From contig CAXXUO010000002.1 of assembly GCA_963666485.2 (NCBI GenBank), forward strand, positions 480,001 through 544,000: 64,000 bases of DNA, written 5' to 3'. The stretch's first letter is position 1; every line of letters starts with the position of its first letter. A model generated the notes under the pieces. It searched no databases, was not told the DNA's origin, and saw nothing but the letters and a program-made list of their open reading frames with translations. This DNA is from Syntrophorhabdaceae bacterium (GTDB lineage: Bacteria > Desulfobacterota > Syntrophorhabdia > Syntrophorhabdales > Syntrophorhabdaceae). This document shows, in pieces, positions 9,146-20,224 of this stretch. Both the position numbers and the translations under genes were made by a program.

Positions 9146-9913
9146 TCAGACCGTGAGCGTCTCGTCCTGCTTCAATATTCGTATGTTACCCCTGCCTGAC
9201 CGGGTAAATTCCCGGACGATCTCCCTGCCGAATATCGGCTTGATGTGGGTGACATAAAAAATTCTGTCACTAAGGTCATAGCGATCAATCGTTTCCATGA
9301 GGATCGACGGGGTCATATGCCCTGATATCAACGCGAGGTCTTTCAGGCGGTCCGGGAATGAAACATCCGCGATAATAAAACGAATGTCCTTTTCATCGCG
9401 GGCAAACTCCCAGAACCTCTTCGTCGGCCCCGTATCCGCGGTGAACATGAACCCCTGGCCATCGGGCTGCCGCACCACGTATCCCACCGTGTAGACGGTA
9501 TGGGTCATGAGGATAGGTTTTACTGTGATGCCGTCCAGGTCTGATAACTTTTCGAGGGGTATATCCCGCAGCTTTATTATCGCGTCCATCGCGGAGGGGA
9601 TGACGGTAAAGTCAGGCCATATCAGGTTGTTAAGCAGGTTGTTGGTTATGATATCGAGAACACGGGCGGCACTGACGAGCTCGATGCTGTGCCCTCCCAT
9701 CATGGCAAGTTCATCAACGAGCGGGAAAAGCCCTTTGAGGTGGTCCATGTGGGTATGGGTAACCAGGATGTGCCTTATTTCCAGGAGATCTTTCCGGCGG
9801 ATCGAGTCCGTGGTTGTCCCTGCGTCGATAAGCAGGGACCTGTCAATCAGAAAACAGGTCGTCCTATGTCTGCCGACATAATTGCCGGAACAGCCTAGGA
9901 TTTTTATGTTCAT
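9146..9913 (-). CDS. Metallo-beta-lactamase-fold 3',5'-cyclic-nucleotide phosphodiesterase (class II-like)
   Basis: MNIKILGCSG start, LIDAGT, THTHMDH metal motif, N..IWPDF motif, HTV, FTADTGPT, GHMTP, THIKP. Confidence 0.82.
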   Translation of the reverse strand: MNIKILGCSGNYVGRHRTTCFLIDRSLLIDAGTTTDSIRRKDLLEIRHILVTHTHMDHLKGLFPLVDELAMMGGHSIELVSAARVLDIITNNLLNNLIWPDFTVIPSAMDAIIKLRDIPLEKLSDLDGITVKPILMTHTVYTVGYVVRQPDGQGFMFTADTGPTKRFWEFARDEKDIRFIIADVSFPDRLKDLALISGHMTPSILMETIDRYDLSDRIFYVTHIKPIFGREIVREFTRSGRGNIRILKQDETLTV

Positions 9914-10013
9914 TAGCTGATTGTACGTGATGCCCTGCAAACGTGTCAAGACATTGTAATCAATAATGTAAAACCCGCAAGATTGCGAAACGATATATTT
10001 TGGCAACTATCAC

Positions 10014-10042
10014 TTGACGGTGCCAGCCGAAAGCATTATATT
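10014..10042 (+). promoter_or_regulatory. Putative sigma70 promoter for the FmdB-family gene
   Basis: TTGACG-N17-TATATT upstream of GGAGG RBS and ATG 10079. Confidence 0.5.
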
Positions 10043-10078
10043 ACTGAGACTTAGAAACATTTTTGTTGGAGGAACACC

Positions 10079-10399
10079 ATGCCTATCTATGAATACCAGT
10101 GTACGGACTGTGGAAAAACGTTCGAGATCTTCCAGAAGATAAGCGATGAACCACTTACCGAATGCAAGGTATGCAAGGGACGGCTTACAAAGCTTATCTC
10201 GAATTGTGCGTTTCATCTCAAGGGAACCGGTTGGTACGTGACCGACTACAAGAAACCTGTTGATACCGCAGGCAGGAACGGCAGCAGCAAGCCCGTCGAA
10301 AAGACCGAAAGCACCCCTGCTCCGGTACCCGAGGCAAAGACCGAAACAAAGACCGAATCCACCACAGCTACATCGACTGCCGCAGGAGGCGCAGCATGA
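10079..10399 (+). CDS. FmdB-family zinc-ribbon protein
   Basis: [12 protein letters not shown]...ECKVCKG...[13 protein letters not shown], with a low-complexity tail. Confidence 0.9.
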   Translation: MPIYEYQCTDCGKTFEIFQKISDEPLTECKVCKGRLTKLISNCAFHLKGTGWYVTDYKKPVDTAGRNGSSKPVEKTESTPAPVPEAKTETKTESTTATSTAAGGAA

Positions 10400-10548
10400 C
10401 AAAAGGCGATAAAGTGACATTCCCGTTCGGAAAAAAGACCATGGAAGGTACCGTGGAGCAGGTCAACCAGAAGACCGTCTACCTAAGGGCCGACTTCCCG
10501 AAACAGAAGGGGAAATTGGTTATCAGGAAGATAAAAGACGTCAAGTAA
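10396..10548 (+). CDS. Small basic 50-aa protein (KOW/SH3-like), missed by the ORF track
   Basis: ATGA overlap with the upstream stop, [59 protein letters not shown]. Confidence 0.75.
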   Translation: MTKGDKVTFPFGKKTMEGTVEQVNQKTVYLRADFPKQKGKLVIRKIKDVK

Positions 10549-10553
10549 AAACC

Positions 10554-10669
10554 GGTTCAAGGTTCCAAGTTCAAGGTTCAAGGCAAAAAAATAACCCTCA
10601 TTTCATGTCGCTGTAATGAGGGTTATTTTTTGTTTTTAACTTTGAACCTTGAACTTTGAACCTTGAACC
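10554..10669. repeat. Inverted heptamer arrays (RGTTCAA)n ... (TTGAACY)n around a terminator hairpin
   Basis: GGTTCAA GGTTCCA AGTTCAA GGTTCAA at 10554-10581; TTGAACC TTGAACT TTGAACC TTGAACC at 10642-10669. Confidence 0.85.
10585..10631. terminator. Bidirectional intrinsic terminator between the small gene and carB
   Basis: AAAAAAATAACCCTCATT ... AATGAGGGTTATTTTTT hairpin with A/T tails, between convergent genes. Confidence 0.75.
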
Positions 10670-10674
10670 ATTTT

Positions 10675-13600
10675 TTAGTAGTAATCTTGGAGCGCCCGCA
10701 CCCTTAGCGTCCCGTTTTTCATCGCTTCGATGGCGTTGACCACTGCCTGCGCGCCTGAGAGTGTCGTGGTGTACGGGATCTTGTGCTGTACGGCACCGGA
10801 GCGGATCGCAACCTCATCGACTTTCGGGTTTCTCCCGCTCGGGGTGTTTATTATATATTGGATCTGGCCGTTCTTGATCATATCGACGATGTGCGGCCTG
10901 CCTTCGGATACCTTGTTCACGAATTTCACGTCTATGCCGTTGTTTACAAGTGCCTTGCCCGTACCTTTCGTGGCACATATACTGAAACCGAGGTCCGACA
11001 GTTTCTTGGCGATGAAGACGATGTTCCGCTTGTCCTTGTTCTTGACGCTCAAGAACACGGTCCCCTCGGACGGGAGGTCCTGACCGGCTGCAAGCTGGGA
11101 TTTCCAGAAGGCCATGCCGAAATTCTCGTCAATCCCCATTACCTCGCCCGTGGATTTCATCTCGGGGCCGAGTATCGTATCGACCCCGCTGAACTTGTTG
11201 AAGGGGAAAACCGATTCTTTCACGGCCATATGTTTCGGGACACGCTCTTTCTCTATTCCGAGGTCCTTCAAGGTCTTGCCAACCATCAATTTGGCGGCCA
11301 CCTTCGCCCACTGGACCCCCGTTGCCTTGCTCACGAACGGAACGGTCCGGCTTGCCCGCGGGTTTACCTCGAGGACGTAGATCATGTCGTCCTTTACCGC
11401 ATACTGGATATTCATCAGGCCGACGACGTTCAAACCCCTGGCGAGGCGATGGGTATAATCGCGGATCCGCTCGAGGACCCTGTCATCGAGGGAATAAGGA
11501 GGGAGCGCCGATGCGCTGTCCCCCGAATGGATGCCGGCCTCTTCTATGTGTTCCATGATCCCGGCGACCACGCACTGGTCCCCGTCAGCCACCGCATCGA
11601 CATCGATCTCGATAGCCTCTTCGAGGAATTTATCGATGAGGATAGGCTTTTCGGGTGACGCCTCCACGGCCCGCTCCATGAAAGACGCAAGGTCTTCGTC
11701 ATTGTACACGATCTCCATCGCCCTCCCGCCAAGCACGTAGGACGGCCTCACGACAACCGGGAAACCGATGGACGCGGCTATCTTCCGGGCTTGTTCAAAA
11801 GACGTCGCGATCCCGTTCTCGGGCTGGCGGAGGTCAAGCTTCTTGAGGAGCCTCTTGAACTTGTCCCTGTCTTCCGCTACGTCGATACTTTCCGGCGTCG
11901 TTCCAATGATCTTGGCCCCGGCTTTTTTCAGAGCTGTCGCCAGGTTGAGCGGTGTCTGCCCGCCGAACTGCACGATAACCCCGTCCGGTTTTTCCGTGTT
12001 CGCTATATCGAGGACATTCTCGAGGGTCAAAGGTTCGAAGTACAGTTTGTCCGACGTGTCGTAATCCGTGCTCACGGTCTCCGGGTTGCTGTTGACCATG
12101 ATGGTCTCGAAACCCAGCTCCTCGAGGGCAAAGGCGGCGTGCACGCAGCAATAATCGAACTCGATACCCTGCCCTATCCTGTTCGGGCCCCCGCCGAGGA
12201 TCATGATCTTTTTCCTGTCGGACACGCGCGATTCATCCTCGATCTCATAGGTCGAATAAAAATAGGGCGTATAGGCCTCAAATTCCGCCGCGCACGTATC
12301 GACAAGCTTGAAAACGCTTGTGAGCCCCATGCGCTTCCTCAGGTCCCTTATCTCCTGCTCGCCGGTCCCCGTTATTTCGGCTATTTGCCTGTCGGAATAA
12401 CCGAGCCGTTTGGCCTTCCTGAGGGTCTCGAATGAAAGAATGTCATCACTGCCGGGCTGTCGGGCGATATTCTTTTCCAATTCTTCCTCAAAGAGAACTA
12501 TCTCTTCGATATTCTTGAGGAACCACCGGTCAATCTTCGTTATCTCGTAAATCTCGTCTATATTCATACCAAGGCGGAACGCGTGCCGCATGTAGAACAT
12601 CCGCTCCGCATTCGGGACGATCAGCTTCTTCCGGACATGATTGAGGTCATCCTTCCCTGCAAGCTTTTCATGGACGAGGCCCGACCTGCCTACCTCGAGC
12701 GAGCGCAAACCTTTCTGGAATGCCTCCTTGAACGTCCTCCCGATAGCCATGGCCTCGCCGACCGATTTCATCGCGACCGTCAGCGTCTCGTCCGCATCCC
12801 TGAATTTTTCAAAGGTGAACCGCGGGATCTTCACAACACAGTAATCTATGGTCGGCTCGAACGAGGCCGGGGTCTGCTTTGTAATGTCGTTCGGTATCTC
12901 GTCGAGCGAGTATCCTACGGCAAGCTTTGCCGCTATCTTGGCGATAGGGAACCCTGTCGCCTTCGATGCGAGGGCGGAGCTTCTCGATACCCTCGGGTTC
13001 ATCTCGATAACGACTATCCTGCCGTTGTCCGGGTCGACCGCGAACTGGATGTTGGAACCGCCCGTCTCGACACCGATCTCGCGGATGATCTTGATAGACG
13101 CATCGCGCATGACCTGGTATTCCTTGTCGGTGAGGGTCTGGGCCGGCGCGACCGTGATGCTGTCGCCGGTGTGGATCCCCATGGGGTCAAGGTTCTCGAT
13201 GGAGCAGATGATGACCACGTTGTCGTTGCGGTCCCGCATGACTTCGAGCTCAAACTCCTTCCATCCGATAACCGATTCCTCGATAAGGATCTCGGTGATA
13301 AGGGAGCTTTCAAGGCCCTTCTGGGCGAGGGATTCGAACTCTTCCATGTTGTAGGCAACCGACGCGCCTGTACCGCCAAGAGTAAAACTGGGACGGATGA
13401 TAAGGGGGAAGCCGATCTCGCGGGAGACTTTACGGGCATCTTCCATCGTATAAGCAAGGCCGCTTCGCGGGACTTCGAGGCCTATTTTTTCGATGGCCTC
13501 CTTGAATTCCTCGCGGTCCTCCGCCTTTTTTATCGCTTTATAATCGGCGCCGATAAGCTCGACACCATATTTTTCCAGAATGCCCCGTTCCGAGAGTATC

Positions 13601-13899
13601 GTCGCGAGATTAAGCCCCGTCTGCCCGCCGAGGGTCGGAAGGATCACGTCCGGTTTCTCCGCCTTTATTATCTCTTCGATAACCTCGGGTATGAGCGGTT
13701 CGACGTACACCCTGTCAGCCATGTCGGGGTCGGTCATGATCGTGGCCGGGTTCGAATTAACGAGAACGACCCGGTACCCCTCTTCACGGATCGCCTTGCA
13801 GGCCTGGCTTCCCGAATAGTCGAATTCGCACGCCTGGCCTATGACGATCGGGCCCGACCCGATGATGAGCACGCTCTTTATGTCTGTTCTTTTAGGCAT
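10675..13899 (-). CDS. carB: Carbamoyl-phosphate synthase large subunit
   Basis: [30 protein letters not shown]; duplicated ATP-grasp domains and MGS domain; 1074 aa. Confidence 0.99.
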   Translation of the reverse strand: MPKRTDIKSVLIIGSGPIVIGQACEFDYSGSQACKAIREEGYRVVLVNSNPATIMTDPDMADRVYVEPLIPEVIEEIIKAEKPDVILPTLGGQTGLNLATILSERGILEKYGVELIGADYKAIKKAEDREEFKEAIEKIGLEVPRSGLAYTMEDARKVSREIGFPLIIRPSFTLGGTGASVAYNMEEFESLAQKGLESSLITEILIEESVIGWKEFELEVMRDRNDNVVIICSIENLDPMGIHTGDSITVAPAQTLTDKEYQVMRDASIKIIREIGVETGGSNIQFAVDPDNGRIVVIEMNPRVSRSSALASKATGFPIAKIAAKLAVGYSLDEIPNDITKQTPASFEPTIDYCVVKIPRFTFEKFRDADETLTVAMKSVGEAMAIGRTFKEAFQKGLRSLEVGRSGLVHEKLAGKDDLNHVRKKLIVPNAERMFYMRHAFRLGMNIDEIYEITKIDRWFLKNIEEIVLFEEELEKNIARQPGSDDILSFETLRKAKRLGYSDRQIAEITGTGEQEIRDLRKRMGLTSVFKLVDTCAAEFEAYTPYFYSTYEIEDESRVSDRKKIMILGGGPNRIGQGIEFDYCCVHAAFALEELGFETIMVNSNPETVSTDYDTSDKLYFEPLTLENVLDIANTEKPDGVIVQFGGQTPLNLATALKKAGAKIIGTTPESIDVAEDRDKFKRLLKKLDLRQPENGIATSFEQARKIAASIGFPVVVRPSYVLGGRAMEIVYNDEDLASFMERAVEASPEKPILIDKFLEEAIEIDVDAVADGDQCVVAGIMEHIEEAGIHSGDSASALPPYSLDDRVLERIRDYTHRLARGLNVVGLMNIQYAVKDDMIYVLEVNPRASRTVPFVSKATGVQWAKVAAKLMVGKTLKDLGIEKERVPKHMAVKESVFPFNKFSGVDTILGPEMKSTGEVMGIDENFGMAFWKSQLAAGQDLPSEGTVFLSVKNKDKRNIVFIAKKLSDLGFSICATKGTGKALVNNGIDVKFVNKVSEGRPHIVDMIKNGQIQYIINTPSGRNPKVDEVAIRSGAVQHKIPYTTTLSGAQAVVNAIEAMKNGTLRVRALQDYY

Positions 13900-14998
13900 T
13901 GCCTGTCCTCTTGAAAGAATCCATCATGGCCCTGAATTTCTCGAACAGGCCATACGCGTCGTGCGGTCCCGGGGATGCCTCGGGATGATACTGCACCGAG
14001 AATATCGGGTGGGTCTCGTGTTCGATGCCTTCGACGGTCCCGTCGTTCAAATTCACGTGGGTGACACGGACAGCCTCACCCCTTATCGAATCCATGTCCA
14101 CGGCGAAACCGTGGTTCTCGGATGTTATGTGTATCCTGCCCGTATTCAGGTCCTTGATCGGCTGGTTTGCCCCGCGATGGCCGAACTTGAGCTTGTAGGT
14201 CTTCCCCCCGTAGGCAAGGCCCAACAGCTGCTGGCCAAGGCATATCCCGAAGATGGGCACCCGTCCGAACAGCCCGCGTATCTCGGGTATCGCGTACCCG
14301 ACCGCCTCAGGGTCGCCCGGGCCGTTCGACAGAAGGACCCCGTCAGGTTTCAGACCAATAATATCCGTAGCCGAGGTACTGGCCGGCACGACGGTGACGC
14401 GGCACCCGATCTGGCGCAGGATCCTCAAGATATTCCGTTTCACACCGAAATCCATGACCACGCAATGGAGGGGCTTCACCTCTTTGCCGCCACCATCGAA
14501 CTCATACACGGACGGGCATGTAACCTCGCTCACGAGGTCCACCCCGACGATGCCGCGTGATCCCTTCGCCTTTTTCACGAGGCTTTCCGGGTCGTGATCG
14601 GCGGTTGATATGATCCCCCGCATCACGCCGCGGACCCTCAAATGCCGGGTAAGGGCCCTCGTGTCGATCTCTTCGACCGCGATGATATTGTGTTTCCTGA
14701 AATAGTCGCCGAGGTCCCCGGCAGCCCTCCAGTTGCTGGTTATCTTCGAAAATTCCCGGGATATAAATCCTTCGACTTTGGGAGCATCGGATTCAACATC
14801 CTCGGCGTTGATGCCGTAATTGCCGATGAGCGGATAGGTCATCGTCACGATCTGGCCCTTGTACGACGGGTCTGTCATGATCTCCTGGTAGCCGGTCATG
14901 CTCGTATTGAAGACGATCTCGCCTTCTTTTTCGCCTTCGAGGCCGAATCCGACCCCTTCGAATATGGTGCCGTCCTCGAGCGCTACAAATGCTTTCAT
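13892..14998 (-). CDS. carA: Carbamoyl-phosphate synthase small subunit
   Basis: [11 protein letters not shown]..., [39 protein letters not shown]; start set at ATG 14998. Confidence 0.98.
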   Translation of the reverse strand: MKAFVALEDGTIFEGVGFGLEGEKEGEIVFNTSMTGYQEIMTDPSYKGQIVTMTYPLIGNYGINAEDVESDAPKVEGFISREFSKITSNWRAAGDLGDYFRKHNIIAVEEIDTRALTRHLRVRGVMRGIISTADHDPESLVKKAKGSRGIVGVDLVSEVTCPSVYEFDGGGKEVKPLHCVVMDFGVKRNILRILRQIGCRVTVVPASTSATDIIGLKPDGVLLSNGPGDPEAVGYAIPEIRGLFGRVPIFGICLGQQLLGLAYGGKTYKLKFGHRGANQPIKDLNTGRIHITSENHGFAVDMDSIRGEAVRVTHVNLNDGTVEGIEHETHPIFSVQYHPEASPGPHDAYGLFEKFRAMMDSFKRTGNA

Positions 14999-15660
14999 TG
15001 ATGTCCCCTGCACATTTTTACGCACATGCCGCATATATGGTGACCGATGTTCCTTTCCTTCCGGAACCTGTTCAGCATATCGTAGCACCCGTAATGATCG
15101 AATTCACTCCTGTTATCCTTGATCGCACCGGCAGGGCATCCCGCGATGCAGGCGCGGCATTCACCGCAATCTTCGCCAAGCTCGTCGCCGGCCTCGAGGG
15201 GCATGTCGGTTAAAACCGTACTGTAGCGCGCGCCCGAGCCGAAGCGCGGGTTGACGAGAAGATTGTTTCGCCCTATCCAACCGAGCCCTGCCATGACCCC
15301 TATTCTTTTATGGTTGATGTGCCCCCTCTGGTTCTTCCAGTCAACCACCTGGGACGCGGCAAACGGGACTGCCCGGAAACCTTCCCTTTCGATCGCCCGC
15401 CCGAGAAAGTACCCGATCATGTCGAGCCTGTAATTGAGCTGACGGTAATGATGCAGATAAAGCTGGGTAGGACCGTCCTCAAGCGTATCGAGGACCCCTC
15501 CCGACAGGACAAGGCCGAAGGATACCGCGCAGGGCAGATCGTTAACCGTGAGGCTGCCGATACCGGTCACCTCTTCACCGTAGCCGGACATGCCGGCAAT
15601 ACCGAAGAGATCGACATCGAGTTCGTGCAGCCATTTTTCAATCTTTTCGTTATTGCCCAC
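14995..15660 (-). CDS. QueG-like/reductive-dehalogenase-like 4Fe-4S protein
   Basis: AGLGWIGRNNLLVNPRFG, VLTDMPL, CGECRACIAGCPAGAI, CGMCVKMC; GTG start 8 nt after GAGGAG. Confidence 0.75.
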   Translation of the reverse strand: MGNNEKIEKWLHELDVDLFGIAGMSGYGEEVTGIGSLTVNDLPCAVSFGLVLSGGVLDTLEDGPTQLYLHHYRQLNYRLDMIGYFLGRAIEREGFRAVPFAASQVVDWKNQRGHINHKRIGVMAGLGWIGRNNLLVNPRFGSGARYSTVLTDMPLEAGDELGEDCGECRACIAGCPAGAIKDNRSEFDHYGCYDMLNRFRKERNIGHHICGMCVKMCRGHQ

Positions 15661-15681
15661 CGACAGCACTCCTCATCAGGT

Positions 15682-17544
15682 TTACGTCAATCCCGTTTTC
15701 TTAAAATGGACCATCAGGGCGGTGATCGAAGCGGGAGTCACTCCCGGTATACGGGACGCCTGTCCCAGGGTCAGGGGCTTAACCCGCGAGAAACGTTCGA
15801 CGACTTCCCGGGAAAGGCCTGAAACCTGGCCATAATCAAGCTCACGCGGTATGCGCCGGTCATCGAGCTTTTTCGCCCGGGCTACCATTTCCTGCTGGCG
15901 GTCCGTATAGCCCCGGTATTTTACATCAATTTCGATCTGATACGCCACATCATTGTCAATATCCGCAACCCGCGCATCGATATTTTTCAGCATACCCAGC
16001 GTGACGCCCGGCTTCCTGAGCAGGTCTTCCAGTGTCGCAGGGTTCGTGATCCCCTCGATGCCATGGTCCTGAAGCAGTTGTTTGGTCGCCTTTGTCGGCT
16101 TGAGGCGGATGCCTTTAAGCAGGCCGAATGCCTCGTCTATCTTTTTTTTCTTTTCTCTGACCTTTTTATAGCGCTCTTCTCCGACGATCCCCAGGCTGTG
16201 TCCTTTTTCCGTGAGCCTCAGGTCGGCATTATCTTCCCGCAAAAGGAGCCTGTGCTCCGCCCTCGAGGTAAACATCCTGTACGGTTCATCCACGCCTTTC
16301 GTGACGAGGTCGTCGATCATGACCCCTATATACGCCTCGTTGCGTCCGAGAATGAATTCGCTGTCACCCCGGACCTTCAAGGAAGCGTTGATGCCCGCCA
16401 TCATCCCCTGCGCAGCCGCCTCTTCATAGCCGGTCGTCCCGTTTATCTGTCCTGCCAGGTAGAGATTGGCGACCCGCTTGGTCTCAAGCGTCGGGTATAA
16501 CTGCGTCGGAAACACAAAATCGTATTCAATGCCATAGCCGGGCCGTACGATCTTCGCATTCTCGAGCCCGTCGATGGTCTTGAGCATCGCGGTCTGAATG
16601 TCGAGAGGCAGGCTTGTCGATAGGCCGTTGGGGTAATACTCGATAGTATCGAGGCCTTCCGGCTCGATAAAGATGCGATGCCTCGTCCTTTCGCTGAACC
16701 GTACGATCTTGTCTTCGATCGAGGGGCAATACCGTACGCCCGTTCCTTTGATGACGCCCGTAAAAAGGGGAGAGCGGTCAAACCCGGTCCTGATCACATC
16801 GTGCGTCCCTTCGTTCGTGTAGGCGAGATAACACGGGACCAGCCGGTTCGTTATCCTGTCGGTCATAAAAGAGAAGGGAACCGGGGGGTCATCGCTCACC
16901 TGCGGCGCCATACGGGAAAAATCTATTGTCCGGCCATCGAGCCTCGGGCACGTCCCCGTTTTTAACCTGCCGATTTCAAACCCCATCTCGCGCAGGCTGT
17001 CCGAAAGTCCGTTCGACGGAAGATCACCAAGCCGTCCGCCTTCAAAATGTTCGAGCCCAACATGGATAAGCCCATTGAGAAAGGTCCCGGTCGTGAGAAT
17101 GACGGCCTTTGCCCAAAAATGCTCCCCCATCATGGTCTCGATCCCGGCAACCGCACCGTTCTCGACTATCAGGCGCCGGACGGTCCCCTGCCTGATCGCG
17201 AGGTTTTGCGTCTCTTCGAGCCTGCGTTTCATCCGCCGGGCGTAACGCGCCATATCGGCCTGGACCCGGGTTGCCCGGACCGCGGGGCCTTTTTTCATGT
17301 TCAGCACCTTGAACTGGATCCCGGCGGCATCCGTGTTGAGGGCCATTTCACCGTCAAGGGCGTCTATCTCCCTGACAAGGTGGCCTTTCCCAAGCCCCCC
17401 GACGGCGGGATTGCAGGACATGAACGCAATATGGTCGACATTCATCGTAAGGAGAAGCGGCCGCGCACCCATGCGTGCGGCAGCAAATGCGGCCTCGCAT
17501 CCTGCATGGCCGGCACCTGCTATAATAATGTCAAATTTGTCCAT
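15682..17544 (-). CDS. mnmG: tRNA uridine-5-carboxymethylaminomethyl(34) synthesis enzyme MnmG (GidA)
   Basis: [56 protein letters not shown]; start set at MDKFD. Confidence 0.98.
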   Translation of the reverse strand: MDKFDIIIAGAGHAGCEAAFAAARMGARPLLLTMNVDHIAFMSCNPAVGGLGKGHLVREIDALDGEMALNTDAAGIQFKVLNMKKGPAVRATRVQADMARYARRMKRRLEETQNLAIRQGTVRRLIVENGAVAGIETMMGEHFWAKAVILTTGTFLNGLIHVGLEHFEGGRLGDLPSNGLSDSLREMGFEIGRLKTGTCPRLDGRTIDFSRMAPQVSDDPPVPFSFMTDRITNRLVPCYLAYTNEGTHDVIRTGFDRSPLFTGVIKGTGVRYCPSIEDKIVRFSERTRHRIFIEPEGLDTIEYYPNGLSTSLPLDIQTAMLKTIDGLENAKIVRPGYGIEYDFVFPTQLYPTLETKRVANLYLAGQINGTTGYEEAAAQGMMAGINASLKVRGDSEFILGRNEAYIGVMIDDLVTKGVDEPYRMFTSRAEHRLLLREDNADLRLTEKGHSLGIVGEERYKKVREKKKKIDEAFGLLKGIRLKPTKATKQLLQDHGIEGITNPATLEDLLRKPGVTLGMLKNIDARVADIDNDVAYQIEIDVKYRGYTDRQQEMVARAKKLDDRRIPRELDYGQVSGLSREVVERFSRVKPLTLGQASRIPGVTPASITALMVHFKKTGLT

Positions 17545-17766
17545 TGCGTACGTCCGAAGGCCGTATATTGTAGCAGGATTCACGATGGTTTTCCACCTCT
17601 GACGCAAAATACGTATTCTATTATTAATATTCATGATATCATGGCCAGAGAGCTTCCCGGCAGGCCGCCTTGCATTCGTCCGGCACGGGCCAAAAGGTAC
17701 AATAATGTTGCATTTCCGGTCCCGGTGATTATTTTTTGATAAAGCCTTACCCGAAAGGAGGAAGAA

Positions 17767-18024
17767 ATGGAGGAGAAAAAGATCGGAACTGTCGCAGTAT
17801 ATTTCGCGAAGATCGGCGTTGCCGCGATAAAAGTCACCGATGGGGAATTGAAGATCGGGGACAGGATCAAGATAAAGGGGCATTCCACCGATCTCGAGGA
17901 GACCATCGAGTCCATGCAGGTCGAGCATAAGAATGTAGACAAAGCCACCCCCGGGATGGATGTTGGGCTCAAGGTCAAAGAGAGGGTGCGCGAACACGAT
18001 GTCGTTTACGTAATAACGGAATAA
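17767..18024 (+). CDS. Small translation-factor-like beta-barrel protein (similar to the U32 peptidase C-terminal domain)
   Basis: [17 protein letters not shown]...[11 protein letters not shown]...ESMQVEH...G.DVGLKV..RVRE.D.VY; AAGGAGG RBS. Confidence 0.8.
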   Translation: MEEKKIGTVAVYFAKIGVAAIKVTDGELKIGDRIKIKGHSTDLEETIESMQVEHKNVDKATPGMDVGLKVKERVREHDVVYVITE

Positions 18025-18028
18025 AGCA

Positions 18029-18121
18029 GGCGGTAGACCATAGTCTCCAGGCGATAGGTAATGATTTTCCGTTAGCCTTTCGCCGTTAGCCGTTAGCCAT
18101 ATTCATTACCTGTTGCCTATT
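18029..18121. repeat. Degenerate GCCGTTA/GGCGATA heptamer repeats
   Basis: GGCGGTA..GGCGATAGG followed by CCGTTAGCCTTTCGCCGTTAGCCGTTAGCC and CCTGTTGCCTATT. Confidence 0.6.
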
Positions 18122-18177
18122 CCCTTTTATATGCTATATATATCGTCAGAGACCCTAATAATTAGGGAGGGATGACG

Positions 18178-18762
18178 ATGGATGAAAAAGAGTTGATGTG
18201 GCGTTTCAGGGACGTTTTTGAAACGACGACCCCGATACTCGAAGAGTTGGAAAAAGGTTTTTTTTCTCAGCAGGCACGAAGCATCCAGGAATGCGAGAAA
18301 AAATTCGGAGATCTTCTTATCTCCCGTGTCCCTTACGTCGAGAAGATCATCGGGGAAAAACAGAAGACCGAGGCCGACATGACCTATGTCCGGCTCCTGC
18401 CCGCGCTTCAGACGATCGCACTCGCCATCGAGAACCTGATGTATAAAATGGAATCCAAGATCGTATCCAATATACTCTTCAGCGAAAAGGCCCTTTCGGA
18501 GATCAGGAACCTTTTTCATATCATGAAGGAACAATTCAGGGACACCAGGGATTATGTCATGACCGGGAACCCGGCATTGAAGGACGCGGTCGCAATGCAT
18601 ATGGAGCATATGTTCAGGATGATCGAAGAACATGCGATAGTTCACCAGAACCGGCTTATCACGGGTATATGCATGCCGCAGGCGTCGTATATCTACCTCG
18701 ATATAACCGATTCTTTAAAGAGGATAGCGCGCGGACTGACCGACTTCGTCAGCAAGGTTTGA
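18178..18762 (+). CDS. Stand-alone PhoU-like helical protein (resembles the Na/Pi cotransporter C-terminal domain)
   Basis: All-helical sequence; HQNRLITGIC...YLDITDSLKRIA; GGAGG RBS 7 nt before ATG 18178. Confidence 0.6.
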   Translation: MDEKELMWRFRDVFETTTPILEELEKGFFSQQARSIQECEKKFGDLLISRVPYVEKIIGEKQKTEADMTYVRLLPALQTIALAIENLMYKMESKIVSNILFSEKALSEIRNLFHIMKEQFRDTRDYVMTGNPALKDAVAMHMEHMFRMIEEHAIVHQNRLITGICMPQASYIYLDITDSLKRIARGLTDFVSKV

Positions 18763-18765
18763 TCA

Positions 18766-20146
18766 TTGGGCATCTCTCACCGGTCGCTTGCCGCCGCAAT
18801 AGACAACTCTGCCATTCTCCAAAGATTCTCTGATCTTCCTTTCCGGGGCGAGGTATTCCTTGTGGGAGGCGCGATCAGGGAGTTCGCCCTGGGCTTGAGC
18901 CCGAGGGACTACGACCTCGCCCTGTCCGATCCCCAGGACCTGGCCGTTATCGAGCAAACATTCCGGAGGAATGCCTTTTTGCTCGGGAAGAAACCCATCC
19001 AGACGCACAGGATAGCCGCGCCCGATATCATGCTGGACATGACCATACTGGAGAATTCCATCGACAGCGACCTCAAGCGACGGGATTTTACGATGAACGC
19101 GATCGCGTTCGACTTGAGGAAGCACACGGTGATCGACCCGCTCAAAGGACTCGACGATATTGACCGAAAGCTTATCCGCTACCCTGACCGCGCAAGCGTT
19201 GCGAGCGATCCGTTGCGCATGCTCAAGGCAATACGACATTTTGCGGCACTCGACGGATTCACTCTCCACCCCGCATTGCAGGAGGCCATAGCATCATCGA
19301 GGAGCCTCATCCGAACCACGGCCCCCGAAAGGATCAAGTATGAACTCGATCTTATCATGGAGTCGCAGGGGGTTTCGCGGGGCATGAAGATACTCGATAA
19401 AACCGGGCTTTCTTTTTGAGATCGTTCCGGAAATCGTGGCCCTTCACGCCATGGACATTGAAAAACAGTTTTCACTGGAAACATACGGCCATACAGTGGA
19501 CGGGTTTGCCTTCCTTTATTCACGTGGAACGGAGTACGTCGGGGACCCGGCATCACTCAAGGACGTCGGGTACGCCCTTCTCTTTCACGACCTGGGAAAA
19601 GCTCATACATATTCATATGACGAAAAGAAAGGGCTCGTTCATTTCTTCAATCACGAACGGGTCTCCCGCGACATAGCCTCCGCGGTCATGGACCGCCTGA
19701 GGTTCAGCACTCACGAATCCAGGCGGATATGCGCCCTCATCGAGCACCATATGCGGATCTTTTTAATAAGCTCGTCGGATGCCACGGAAAAGGCAGTCCG
19801 CCGGCTGATCTACAAGATGGGGGACCTGACACCGCTCCTCATAGTGCACACCCTCTGCGACATGTACGGAAGCTCCGGCGGCGAGGACAACCCGTCCACC
19901 CTTCAGGTTATCCAGAATTGCAATGCGATCATGTCAGCGTACCACGAATCAAAAAAGAAGCCGCTGCCGCGGCTCGTATCGGGGAACGATCTTCTGAGCA
20001 TGGGTTTCGCCGAGGGCCGCTTCCTCGGTGAATGCCTCGACATGATCCGGGACAGGCAGGTGGCCGGTGAGATCTCAACCCGGGACGAGGCGTTGCAAAT
20101 AGCGGAAAAACTTTTGAGATCCGGCCACAACAACCTGACCGAATAA
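18766..20146 (+). pseudogene. Class II tRNA nucleotidyltransferase (CC-adding type) with HD domain, interrupted by a +1 frameshift near 19409-19419
   Basis: ORF1 has LVGGAIRE, RDYDL, RRDFTMNAIA, DPLRMLK, PERI..EL. ORF2 (+1 frame) continues FEIVPEI...HT...LLFHDLGK...G.DL..G..G..L. Deleting one T in CTTTCTTTTTGAG restores GLLFEIVPEI. May be a sequencing indel. Confidence 0.75.
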
Positions 20147-20219
20147 ACGTTCTACGTTCTACGTTGAAAAAAATCGCAATATGTTCTAATCTTTTCCAAG
20201 AACCGAGAACGTAGAACGT
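20147..20219. repeat. Inverted heptamer repeats (ACGTTCT)n ... (AGAACGT)n
   Basis: ACGTTCT ACGTTCT ACGTT at 20147-20165; AGAACCG AGAACGT AGAACGT at about 20199-20219. Confidence 0.7.
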
Positions 20220-20224
20220 CTTTG

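Noticed and set aside
12583..13914. Long antisense ORFs (e.g. 12583-13914, 39332-40477, 54955-55842, 57831-58808)
   Set aside because: Shadow frames of well-conserved genes in GC-rich codon usage, with no recognisable motifs.
14999..15088. N-terminal extension of CarA (similar extensions at 9914-10006, 26973-27020, 42668-42703, 49249-49284, 52753-52857)
   Set aside because: They run into neighbouring genes, promoters or heptamer repeats; downstream starts match the family N-termini.
17545..17997. 151-aa N-terminal extension of MnmG
   Set aside because: Overlaps the divergent gene at 17767-18024 and an AT-rich promoter region; MnmG homology starts at MDKFD.
19417..19419. TGA in the nucleotidyltransferase read as selenocysteine
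   Set aside because: The downstream homologous sequence is in the +1 frame, so read-through would not restore the protein.
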